From Nitrospirae bacterium RBG_16_64_22 (GTDB lineage Bacteria; Nitrospirota; RBG-16-64-22), in the NCBI GenBank assembly GCA_001803795.1, contig MHEK01000060.1, positions 5,171 through 46,623 of the forward strand: 41,453 bases of DNA, read 5' to 3'. The notes beneath the pieces were generated by a model, which was given only the letters and a program-made list of their open reading frames with translations, was not told where the DNA came from and ran no database searches. Positions 28,598-36,435 of the stretch are shown here, one piece after another. A program made the position numbers and the translations under genes. The stretch's first letter is position 1. Every line of letters starts with the position of its first letter.

Positions 28598-28633
28598 TCT
28601 CCCCCTTTGAAAAAGGGGGATTGCGTGGGATTC
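28598..28633. repeat. Small dispersed hairpin repeat
   Basis: TCCCCCTTTGAAAAAGGGGGATTGCGTGGGATTC; related copy at 1013-1050 on the minus strand. Confidence 0.6.
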
Positions 28634-28643
28634 GTTCTCCGCC

Positions 28644-29540
28644 TCACGAACGAACGTGGAAGTCCCGCAGACCTTCCTCGAAAGTCCTCGCCGGGCGTCC
28701 GAACCGCTTCTCGAACGAGTCCCGGGGGCAGAGATGGTTGGCCTGGAAGGCGTCGACCTGCGCCAGCGTGAGCGTCGGCCGACGCGAGAAGGCTTCCAGG
28801 ACGACGGCCGACGCGCGGATCAGGGGGCGGGGAAGATGCACGAGGGAACCGCGCCGGTCGGACGCGCGGGCGACCATGGCGACCGCCTCGTCTACGGTCA
28901 GGATCTCGGGTCCCCCCACTTCCCAGACGCCGGTCTCGTTTTCGTCCAGCATCCGGAGGAGCGCGAAAGCCAGATCCGCCGCGTGAAGAGGCTGAAGCCG
29001 CCGCGTTCCCGAGACCGGGATCGGAATGAAAGGAAGAAACCGGGACCAGTCGAGAATCCTCTCGACGAAATTGTCCCCGCGCCCGTAGAGAATCGTCGTC
29101 CGGAGAATCGCCGCCGGAACGCCCGATCCCAGGACGTGGCTTTCGGCCCTCGCCTGGGCGCGGAGGAACGGAAAGGGCGCGTCCGGCGCCGCCCCGACGA
29201 GCGACAACATGACGAGGCGGCGGACGCCCGCGTTTTTCATCTCCTCCGCGAGGATCTTCGTCCCCGCGTCGATCCTGCGGAAGACAACCCGCCGGCTCTC
29301 CTGCGGGACGCCTTCGAGATGGACGACCCGTCCGCAGCCGCGGAGCGCGCGCCCAAGCGCGTCCCGGTCGAGGAGGCTTCCGTGGACGTACTCGACGTGG
29401 CCGTGGCGGAGCCGGGAAATGTTCGTTTTCCCTTCGACCAGACAGCGGACCCTTCCCGAATCGGCCAACAGCGGCAGGAGGCGTCTGCCCACGAATCCCG
29501 TGCCGCCCGTGACGAGCGTAATCTCCGGCTTGGCTTTCAT
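28644..29540 (-). CDS. NAD(P)-binding atypical SDR (NDUFA9-like epimerase family)
   Basis: VTGGTGFVG, VRRLVMLS, YGRGD and EVGGPEILT motifs. Confidence 0.85.
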   Translation of the reverse strand: MKAKPEITLVTGGTGFVGRRLLPLLADSGRVRCLVEGKTNISRLRHGHVEYVHGSLLDRDALGRALRGCGRVVHLEGVPQESRRVVFRRIDAGTKILAEEMKNAGVRRLVMLSLVGAAPDAPFPFLRAQARAESHVLGSGVPAAILRTTILYGRGDNFVERILDWSRFLPFIPIPVSGTRRLQPLHAADLAFALLRMLDENETGVWEVGGPEILTVDEAVAMVARASDRRGSLVHLPRPLIRASAVVLEAFSRRPTLTLAQVDAFQANHLCPRDSFEKRFGRPARTFEEGLRDFHVRS

Positions 29541-29707
29541 CCCAATAACCGCAGTTCACTCACCGCAGAGGACGCGGAGTCCGCCAAGGAACACCTTTCC
29601 GGGCGGTTTTGATGCTCACCTGCCTGGTGAGGTCGATGTGTCTTCCCATCCATGGAACTCCTTTGCGTTCTCTGCGTGCTCCGCGGTTCAACTGCTTTTT
29701 CTAGGTT
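29539..29707. mobile_element. MITE-like element, family A copy 2
   Basis: Ends ATCCCAATAACCGCAGTT and AACTGCTTTTTCTAGGTT; internal CCGCAGAGGACGCGGAG / CTCTGCGTGCTCCGCGG inverted repeats. Confidence 0.65.
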
Positions 29708-29820
29708 CATTATTATCCGACCGTACCACCCTTATTCCACACCGGTCAAGGCGGGAACCGGTCGATCTACCCCGGCCCGGCCGGATGTGGTAGATTGACA
29801 CGCCCTGCCGGAGGATCGAC

Positions 29821-30765
29821 GTGACGAAGCCCGGGCCCAGCGTGCAGGCCGGCGCGCAGAAACACATCGACCGATACGAAATCGTCCGACTCGTCCACCG
29901 CGGCGCGATGGGGACGATCTACAAGGCGACGGACACGGCCACGGGCGAAGTCGTGGCGCTCAAGGTGCCCGACCTCTCCTTCGGCGCGAGGCCCCAGTTC
30001 TACGACGCCTTCCGCCGGGAGGCCGCTCTCCTTGAGGAACTCGACCATCCTGGAATCGTCCGGTTCAGGAGGGCGGACGGACGGGACCTGCACTACCTGG
30101 CCCTCGAGTTCCTGGACGGCGAGGATCTGCGCGGGGTCTTCCGGCGGGAAGCGCCCCTTCCTCTCTCCCGGACTGCGGAGATCGGCCTCGCCCTGTGCGA
30201 AACCCTCGCGTATCTTCATGGCAGAAGAATCGCGTACCTCGACCTCAAGCCCGAGAACGTCATCCGGACCGTGGACGGACGCCTCGTCCTCGTCGACTTC
30301 GGCCTGGCGAGAACCATGGGAAAGCGCGAGCTCATTGAGGACCGCGCAGAAACCGGTCTTCCCCAGGGAACACCGGACTACGCCTCTCCTGAACAGGTCG
30401 CCGGGAAGGAAGCCGATTGGCGGAGCGACATCTATTCTCTGGGGATCGTTCTCTTCGAAGCGGTTACGGGACGCCTTCCCTTCGCCGGCCGGACGCCCGA
30501 AGCCCGCGCCCGGCGGCGCCTGTATCTCGACCCGATCCCGCCGCGCGTCTTCAAGAGCGATCTTTCCCCCGCCTGGCAGGAGTTGATCCTGAGAGCGATC
30601 GAGAGGGAACCGGCCGCGCGTTTCCAGAATGTCCAGGATATGGCCCGGTCGATCCGCGATCCCCTTGCTGTCCCGCTCACTTCGCGGGCCGCCCGAACGG
30701 AGGCCCCCGGCCTTGGCGATGCCGTTCGCGGCTGGCTCCTATCGCTGATAGGAAGGAGTCCGTAA
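29821..30765 (+). CDS. Hanks-type Ser/Thr protein kinase (non-RD)
   Basis: RGAMG, VALK, YLDLKPEN, DFG, GTPDYASPE and DIYSLG motifs. Confidence 0.92.
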   Translation: MTKPGPSVQAGAQKHIDRYEIVRLVHRGAMGTIYKATDTATGEVVALKVPDLSFGARPQFYDAFRREAALLEELDHPGIVRFRRADGRDLHYLALEFLDGEDLRGVFRREAPLPLSRTAEIGLALCETLAYLHGRRIAYLDLKPENVIRTVDGRLVLVDFGLARTMGKRELIEDRAETGLPQGTPDYASPEQVAGKEADWRSDIYSLGIVLFEAVTGRLPFAGRTPEARARRRLYLDPIPPRVFKSDLSPAWQELILRAIEREPAARFQNVQDMARSIRDPLAVPLTSRAARTEAPGLGDAVRGWLLSLIGRSP

Positions 30766-31196
30766 TGCCCCAGCCGGAAATCGTCGTCGTCTGTATTGAC
30801 CCAAACACGCCTATCCAAAAGATTCTGGACGCGGCGATCGACCGAACCGGCCCCGGCGCAAGGGAGATCGTCCTCGTCTCCGTCACCGGCGGCCCCGGGG
30901 AAAGCGTGGAGATGGAGGAGCTGGACCACGAGGCCCTCCGGAACGCGGCGCGGATGGACGCCCGGCTCGTCCTGGAGCGGGCGGAAACCCATTGCCGGTC
31001 CAGGGGCGTCACTCCCCGGCTCGTGGTGCGGGAGGGCGGTCCGGCCGACGAGATCGTCACGCTCGCGGCGGAAGTCGGCGCGTCGCTCGTCGTCGTCGGA
31101 TCGCGGGGAAGAAAAGGCGTCCTCAAGACGCTTCTCGGGAACGTCTCGGCCGAGGTCGTCGAGCGTGCCCCATGTTCCGTCCTCGTCGTGCGGTAG
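30765..31196 (+). CDS. Universal stress protein
   Basis: TAATG coupling to the kinase; VVGSRGRKG...LLGNVSAEVVERAPCSVLVVR. Confidence 0.92.
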   Translation: MPQPEIVVVCIDPNTPIQKILDAAIDRTGPGAREIVLVSVTGGPGESVEMEELDHEALRNAARMDARLVLERAETHCRSRGVTPRLVVREGGPADEIVTLAAEVGASLVVVGSRGRKGVLKTLLGNVSAEVVERAPCSVLVVR

Positions 31197-31205
31197 AACC
31201 GCAAA

Positions 31206-31314
31206 GTGCGCCTTGACCCCGCCCCTTGGGACGGGGTCAAGGCGCACGAATGAAATTATCGAAAAGTACCTCGGAGGTTGGAGAACCCCGCCTTTCAAGG
31301 CGGGGTTCTCCAAC
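31206..31314. repeat. Paired IS200/IS605-end-like hairpins with no transposase
   Basis: GTGCGCCTTGACCCCG...CGGGGTCAAGGCGCAC and GTTGGAGAACCCCGCCTTTCAAGGCGGGGTTCTCCAAC. Confidence 0.6.
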
Positions 31315-31335
31315 GGGGGAAATTTGAAATACTTC

Positions 31336-31365
31336 TTGACACCTTCCGGGCGTATTCCTTATTTT
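31336..31365 (+). promoter_or_regulatory. Putative sigma70 promoter of the sulfur-carrier operon
   Basis: TTGACA-N18-TATTTT. Confidence 0.5.
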
Positions 31366-31384
31366 GGAGCCTACAACTGAATAC

Positions 31385-31440
31385 ACGTGGATTGATTTGC
31401 GGCATATTGCAACCACGTTAAAAAAAGTGCTAAAAGGCCG
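31385..31440 (+). promoter_or_regulatory. SAM-II-like riboswitch aptamer
   Basis: P1 ACGTGG/CCACGT, TGATTTG, TTGCA, TTAAA and GCTAAA conserved blocks; pseudoknot CGGC/GCCG. Confidence 0.8.
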
Positions 31441-31456
31441 GGTCAGGCATTTCGTC

Positions 31457-31490
31457 AACCCCGTGCGTCTTTTTGGCACGGGGTTTTTTT
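31457..31490 (+). terminator. Leader terminator downstream of the SAM-II aptamer
   Basis: AACCCCGTGC...GCACGGGGTTTTTTT, about 30 nt before the mec start. Confidence 0.85.
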
Positions 31491-31521
31491 ATTTCCAGCG
31501 TGGAGCCGGCGCGGAGCCAGG

Positions 31522-32001
31522 ATGGAGGACGGAGTGGAGGACGAACAGCCGCCCGGCATCGAGATGGGGCCGGAGTCCTTTCGGGAGATGGTGGAGCACC
31601 TGAGGGCGCACGCCCCGAACGAGGCCTGCGGGATCCTGGCCGGAAGGGACGGGCGGGTCGTCCGCGTCTATCCCATGACGAACGTCGAGCCGACGCCCTA
31701 TTCGTACTTCATGGACCCGAAGGAGCAGTTCGCCGTCATGAAGGAGATGCGGAAGGAAGGGCTCTCTCTCGTGGGCATCTACCACTCGCATCCGTGCACG
31801 ACGCCTTACCCCTCCCGAAAGGACAGGGACCTGGCGTTCTATCCGGAGGCCGCCACGGTGATCGTCTCGTTCCGGGACCCGGGGGAACCCGAGGCGCGGG
31901 CCTACCGGATCGTGGAGGACCGCGTGACGCCCATCCCGATCATCGTCCCCGGCTCGCCGGGGCGAGTCGGGGAGAAGAGCGAAAAGCTGTCTGCGGCATG
32001 A
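31522..32001 (+). CDS. mec: JAMM/Mov34 metalloprotease (Mec-like)
   Basis: NEACG...IYHSHP...PSxxD JAMM motif. Confidence 0.88.
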   Translation: MEDGVEDEQPPGIEMGPESFREMVEHLRAHAPNEACGILAGRDGRVVRVYPMTNVEPTPYSYFMDPKEQFAVMKEMRKEGLSLVGIYHSHPCTTPYPSRKDRDLAFYPEAATVIVSFRDPGEPEARAYRIVEDRVTPIPIIVPGSPGRVGEKSEKLSAA

Positions 32002-32019
32002 GGAAAGGGACCTCGGATC

Positions 32020-32223
32020 ATGATGATTTCGCTCAACGGACAGAAGGAAACGTGCGATGACGGCGCCACGATCGCGTCGCTCCTCCAAAACAGAAACGTC
32101 CGCCCGGAGATGGTCTCGGTCGAGGTCAACGACTCGATCATCGAGCGCGGCCGATACGACCAGGTCCGCCTCAAAGAGGGCGACTCGGTTGAACTCCTCT
32201 ACTTCATGGGCGGAGGATCGTAA
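32020..32223 (+). CDS. ThiS-like sulfur carrier (second copy)
   Basis: ISLNG...VSVEVN...LLYFMGGGS. Confidence 0.9.
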   Translation: MMISLNGQKETCDDGATIASLLQNRNVRPEMVSVEVNDSIIERGRYDQVRLKEGDSVELLYFMGGGS

Positions 32224-33148
32224 GACCGGCCCGGTCGGACGGAGCGTCCTCGACCTGATCGGCCGGACCCCTCTGGTCCGGCTCAGGGCCGTGGTTCCGG
32301 CGCGGGGCGCCGAGATCTGGGCCAAGATCGAGTCGTTCAACCCGGGCGGAAGCGTGAAGGACCGGATCGCCCTGGGGATGGTTGAGACCGCCGAGAGGCG
32401 GGGCCTGCTCAGGCCCGGATCGGTCATCGTCGAGCCGACGTCGGGAAACACGGGCATCGGTCTGGCGCTCGTCTCGGCCGTGAAGCGTTACCGGCTCATC
32501 CTCACGATGCCGGAGTCGATGAGCGAGGAAAGACGGCTGATCCTGGCGGCCTATGGCGCGGAGATCGTTCTCACGCCGGCCCGCGACGGGATGGCCGGGG
32601 CCGTGGAAAAGGCGCGGGAAATCGCGGCCGGCACGCCGGGGTCGTTCATGCCGCACCAGTTCGAGAACCCGGCCAATCCCGCGACGCACGGCCGGACGAC
32701 GGCGCGGGAGATCCTGGCCCAGACAGGGGGGCGGATCGCCGCCTTCGTCGCGGGCGTCGGGACGGGAGGCACGATCTCGGGGGTCGGCGCGGTCCTGAAG
32801 AAGAGTGTGCCGGGCGTCCGGATCTACGCCGTGGAGCCCGCGGGCTCGCCGGTCCTCTCCGGGGGGGCGCCCGGACCGCACCGTATCCAGGGGATCGGCG
32901 CGGGGTTCGTCCCGAAGACGCTCGACCGGAAGGTGATCGACGAGATCATCGCCGTGGACGACATGGACGCCTACCGCACGGCAAAACGCCTGGCGCGGGA
33001 GGAAGGTCTGCTCGTGGGAATCTCCGCCGGAGCGGCGGCGTTCGCGGCTGTCCGGGTGGCGGAGAGACTCCCCAAGGGGAAGAGGGTCGTCACGGTCTTC
33101 CCGGACGGCGGAGAACGGTACTTCAGCCTGGAGCCGTACTTCAGGTAG
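32189..33148 (+). CDS. cysK: Cysteine synthase (PLP, CysK/CysM family)
   Basis: IGRTPLV, NPGGSVKDR, EPTSGNTG, GVGTGGT and IQGIG motifs. Start uncertain; nearest in-frame start is TTG 32189. Confidence 0.9.
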   Translation: MNSSTSWAEDRKTGPVGRSVLDLIGRTPLVRLRAVVPARGAEIWAKIESFNPGGSVKDRIALGMVETAERRGLLRPGSVIVEPTSGNTGIGLALVSAVKRYRLILTMPESMSEERRLILAAYGAEIVLTPARDGMAGAVEKAREIAAGTPGSFMPHQFENPANPATHGRTTAREILAQTGGRIAAFVAGVGTGGTISGVGAVLKKSVPGVRIYAVEPAGSPVLSGGAPGPHRIQGIGAGFVPKTLDRKVIDEIIAVDDMDAYRTAKRLAREEGLLVGISAGAAAFAAVRVAERLPKGKRVVTVFPDGGERYFSLEPYFR

Positions 33149-33166
33149 AACGGAGGTCGAAAGGGA

Positions 33167-34411
33167 GTGTCGCACGTCAAAGGTCTCAAATGCCGCGAAT
33201 GCGGGCGAAGTTATGCCAAGGCGCCGATCTACGTCTGCGAGTTCTGCTTCGGCTCGCTCGAAGTCGTCTACGACTACGAGGCGATCGGGAAGACGCTGAC
33301 CCGGGAAACGATCGCCTCCCGCTCCCCCTCGCTCTGGCGATACCGGGAGCTTCTCCCCATCGACGGGGAGCCGACCGTCGGCCTCTACTCAGGCTTCACG
33401 CCCCTCGTGGCCGCGGACAACCTGGCCCGGGAGCTCGGTCTGAAAGAGGTCTACGTCAAGGACGACGCCAACTGCCATCCCACGCTCTCGTTCAAGGACC
33501 GCGTCGTCGCCGTCGCCCTCTCGAAGGCGAAGGAGTTCGGGTTCGATACGGTCGCCTGCGCCTCGACGGGAAACCTCGCCAACTCGGTGGCGGCCCACGC
33601 CGCCCAAGCGGGACTCAAGCGGGTCGTCTTCATCCCCGCGGACCTCGAGATAGGAAAAGTCATCGGCTCCCTCATCTACGATCCCCAGGTGGTGGCCGTG
33701 GAGGGGAACTACGACCAGGTCAACCGCCTCTGCAGCGAAATCGCCTCGAAGTACACCTGGGGGTTCGTCAACATCAATCTGCGCCCGTACTACGCCGAGG
33801 GATCGAAGACCATCGCCTTCGAGGTGGCCGAACAGCTCGGATGGCGGACCCCGGACCATATCGTCGTCCCCGCGGCGTCCGGCTCCCTCTCGACGAAGGT
33901 CTGGAAAGGGTTCTCGGAGCTCGACAAGTTGGGCCTGATCTCGCGGGCGCGCGTGAAGGTCCACGTCGCCCAGGCCGAGGGGTGCTCGCCGATCGTCCAG
34001 GCGTGGAAGAGCGGCCGCGACGTCATCAAGCCGGTCGTGCCGAAGACGATCGCCAAGAGCCTCGCCATCGGAAACCCGGCCGACGGATACTACGCGATCG
34101 ACATGCTGAGGGCGTCGGGCGGCGACGCGGAGGCCGTCACGGACGACGAGATCGTCGACGCGATCAAGCTGTTGGCGCGGACGGAGGGGATCTTCGCGGA
34201 GACGGCCGGAGGCGTCACGGTGGCCGTCGCGCGGAAGCTCGCCCTGGCGGGGAAGATCGGGCGGAACGAGTCGCTCGTCATCTGCGTCACGGGGAACGGC
34301 CTCAAGACCCAGGAGGCGGTCGCCGGCAAGATCGGCGAGCCGATCCACATCCGGCCGAACCTGGCCGCCTTCGAGGCGGCCCTGGAGAAGAAGACGGCGG
34401 GCGTGGGGTAG
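33167..34411 (+). CDS. thrC: Threonine synthase-like PLP enzyme with Zn-ribbon N-terminus
   Basis: CRECG...CEFC, PTLSFKDR, ASTGN, EGSKT and TGNGLK motifs. Confidence 0.85.
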   Translation: MSHVKGLKCRECGRSYAKAPIYVCEFCFGSLEVVYDYEAIGKTLTRETIASRSPSLWRYRELLPIDGEPTVGLYSGFTPLVAADNLARELGLKEVYVKDDANCHPTLSFKDRVVAVALSKAKEFGFDTVACASTGNLANSVAAHAAQAGLKRVVFIPADLEIGKVIGSLIYDPQVVAVEGNYDQVNRLCSEIASKYTWGFVNINLRPYYAEGSKTIAFEVAEQLGWRTPDHIVVPAASGSLSTKVWKGFSELDKLGLISRARVKVHVAQAEGCSPIVQAWKSGRDVIKPVVPKTIAKSLAIGNPADGYYAIDMLRASGGDAEAVTDDEIVDAIKLLARTEGIFAETAGGVTVAVARKLALAGKIGRNESLVICVTGNGLKTQEAVAGKIGEPIHIRPNLAAFEAALEKKTAGVG

Positions 34412-34423
34412 AAGTTCGGAGAT

Positions 34424-34475
34424 AGGAGTTAGGAGTCGAAAGTCGAAGGTTGAAGGTCGAAAGTTGAAAGTTGAA
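34424..34475. repeat. Degenerate heptamer tandem repeat
   Basis: AGGAGTT AGGAGTC GAAAGTC GAAGGTT GAAGGTC GAAAGTT GAAAGTT. Confidence 0.85.
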
Positions 34476-34489
34476 CCTGGGGATCGGCC

Positions 34490-34771
34490 ATGGCGCAGGA
34501 ACAACCGAAGATGCTCTCGGCGGACGAAACGCCCGCCTTTGACGAGACGCTCAACATCCGCGGCGAGGTGTGCCCCTACACCTTCGTCCGGTCGAAGCTG
34601 AAGCTCGAAGACATGGAAGAGGAGCAGGTCCTCAGGGTGATCGTGGACTATCCCCCGGCGATCAAGAACGTCCCCCAGAGCGCGATCAACGAGGGAAACG
34701 AGGTCCTCGGCATCAAGCAGATCGAGGAGCGCGCCTGGGAGATCTACATCCGCAAGCGGGAAAAGAAGTAG
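34490..34771 (+). CDS. TusA-family sulfurtransferase
   Basis: LNIRGEVCPYT motif. Confidence 0.9.
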   Translation: MAQEQPKMLSADETPAFDETLNIRGEVCPYTFVRSKLKLEDMEEEQVLRVIVDYPPAIKNVPQSAINEGNEVLGIKQIEERAWEIYIRKREKK

Positions 34772-34931
34772 CAGGCTGCTGAAAAACAGTCCCGCAAGGC
34801 GGGACGCGCGGAGCATGGACGCGCCGCCAAATCGCGAAGATTTGAAGTCGAGCGATTTGAAAGACTTGCGCGAATTCACTTCGCGCAAGTCGTGGCTGAA
34901 AAAGCCATGGATGGACTTTTTCAGCATCCTG
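34772..34931. mobile_element. IS5/IS1182-like MITE (160 bp), family B
   Basis: TIRs CAGGCTGCTGAAAAA and TTTTTCAGCATCCTG; starts right after the tusA TAG; internal hairpins. Confidence 0.7.
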
Positions 34932-34951
34932 GTAAGAGGAGGATCGGAACG

Positions 34952-35230
34952 ATGGGTGTCAAGGTCAGGATTCCAACTCCCCTTCAAGCCCTCACGGGGA
35001 ACAACGCCGAAGTGGTCGCGGCGGGGGGAACGGTTCAGGAGGTGATCGACAGCCTCGAAGCCCAGTACAGCGGGCTAAAGGAAAGGATCTGCGACGAGGC
35101 CGGGAAGGTCCGCCGGTTCGTGAACATCTACGTCAACGAGGAAGACATACGCTTCCTTCAAGGCGAGACGACCCCCCTCAAGGACGGGGACGAGATCTCG
35201 ATCATCCCCGCCATCGCCGGCGGGGCGTAG
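34952..35230 (+). CDS. MoaD/CysO-like ubiquitin-fold sulfur carrier
   Basis: VRIPTPL...FVNIYVNEEDIR...IIPAIAGGA; GAGGAGG RBS. Confidence 0.92.
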   Translation: MGVKVRIPTPLQALTGNNAEVVAAGGTVQEVIDSLEAQYSGLKERICDEAGKVRRFVNIYVNEEDIRFLQGETTPLKDGDEISIIPAIAGGA

Positions 35231-35366
35231 GGAAAGGGAATCCGGAACCACTCCGCTTTCCGTTTCGTTTCCAGAACGGGAACCGCTATACTATCAACCC
35301 GTCCCAGGCATAGGACGTGCCCGGTACTACTGCGGCCTGCTGGAAGCGCGTGAAGGGTTCATATCC

Positions 35367-36179
35367 ATGAAGAAACTCGAACTGAGCGACGATCAGGTCA
35401 AGCGGTACTCCCGCCATATCCTCCTTCCGGAAGTCGGCGGCAAGGGCCAGCGGAAGATCCTCGAAGGCCGCGTCCTCGTCATCGGAACGGGCGGTCTGGG
35501 CGCGCCCGTCTCCTTCTACCTGGCCGCGGCCGGGGTCGGAACCATCGGCCTCGTGGACAGCGACACGGTGGAGGTGAGCAATCTCCAGCGGCAGATCATC
35601 CACTTCACCCATGATATCGGGAAGCACAAGACCGACTCGGCCAGGGAGAAGATGGAGGCCCTCAACCCGGACATCAAGGTCGTCGTCCACAAGACGCGCG
35701 TCTCCTCGGAGAACATTCTGTCGATCATCGCCGACTACGACGTCGTCGTCGACGGGAGCGACAATTTCCCGACCCGCTACCTCGTGAACGACGCCTGCGT
35801 CTTGTCGGGCAAGCCCCTCTCTCACGGCGGGATCTTCCGGTTCGACGGCCAGGTCACCACGATCGTCCCCGGCAAGGGCCCGTGCTACCGGTGCCTCTTT
35901 CCGGAACCGCCGCCGCCAGGACTCGTCCCATCCTGCCAGGAGGCGGGGATCCTCGGGGTCGTGGCGGGGACGATCGGCGTGGCCCAGGCGACGGAGGTCC
36001 TCAAGCTGTTGATCGGGATCGGCGAACCGCTCATCGGGCGTCTTCTCGTGTACAACGCGCTAGAGATGAAGTTCCGGACGGTCAAGGTGCCGAAGAACCC
36101 GCAGTGTCCGGTCTGCGGACCGCACCCGACGATAACGGAATTGATCGACTACGAAGAATTCTGCAGTCTGAGGAGCTGA
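35367..36179 (+). CDS. moeB: MoeB/ThiF-family adenylyltransferase (no rhodanese domain)
   Basis: RYSRH, GTGGLG, SNLQRQ, DNFPTR, CYRC, SCQEAG and CPVC motifs. Confidence 0.93.
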   Translation: MKKLELSDDQVKRYSRHILLPEVGGKGQRKILEGRVLVIGTGGLGAPVSFYLAAAGVGTIGLVDSDTVEVSNLQRQIIHFTHDIGKHKTDSAREKMEALNPDIKVVVHKTRVSSENILSIIADYDVVVDGSDNFPTRYLVNDACVLSGKPLSHGGIFRFDGQVTTIVPGKGPCYRCLFPEPPPPGLVPSCQEAGILGVVAGTIGVAQATEVLKLLIGIGEPLIGRLLVYNALEMKFRTVKVPKNPQCPVCGPHPTITELIDYEEFCSLRS

Positions 36180-36181
36180 CC

Positions 36182-36421
36182 GTGCCGAATCGAAGAGTCC
36201 GTCTCACGTTCCCGCAGGAACTCATCACCGAACCGGTCATCTACACGATGGCAAAGCGGTTCGACATCATGCCGAACATCCGCCGCGCCAAAGTGACCGA
36301 GACCGTCGGCGAGGTCGTCCTGGAGCTCGTGGGCGAGGAGCAATCCCTCGACAAGGGCGTCGCCTACCTCGTCGAGCGCGGCGTCAAGGTCGAGGATCTG
36401 CCCGGAGATATCGTTGAATGA
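36182..36421 (+). CDS. Stand-alone NIL-domain protein
   Basis: GTG start; VRLTFP...EPVIY...NIRRA...VVLEL...GVKVE. Confidence 0.85.
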   Translation: MPNRRVRLTFPQELITEPVIYTMAKRFDIMPNIRRAKVTETVGEVVLELVGEEQSLDKGVAYLVERGVKVEDLPGDIVE

Positions 36422-36435
36422 CGGTGAATGGGTGA

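Noticed and set aside
34815-35045. 76-aa ORF and the extended N-terminus of the MoaD-like gene
   Set aside because: Both derive from the MITE sequence; the RBS supports ATG 34952.
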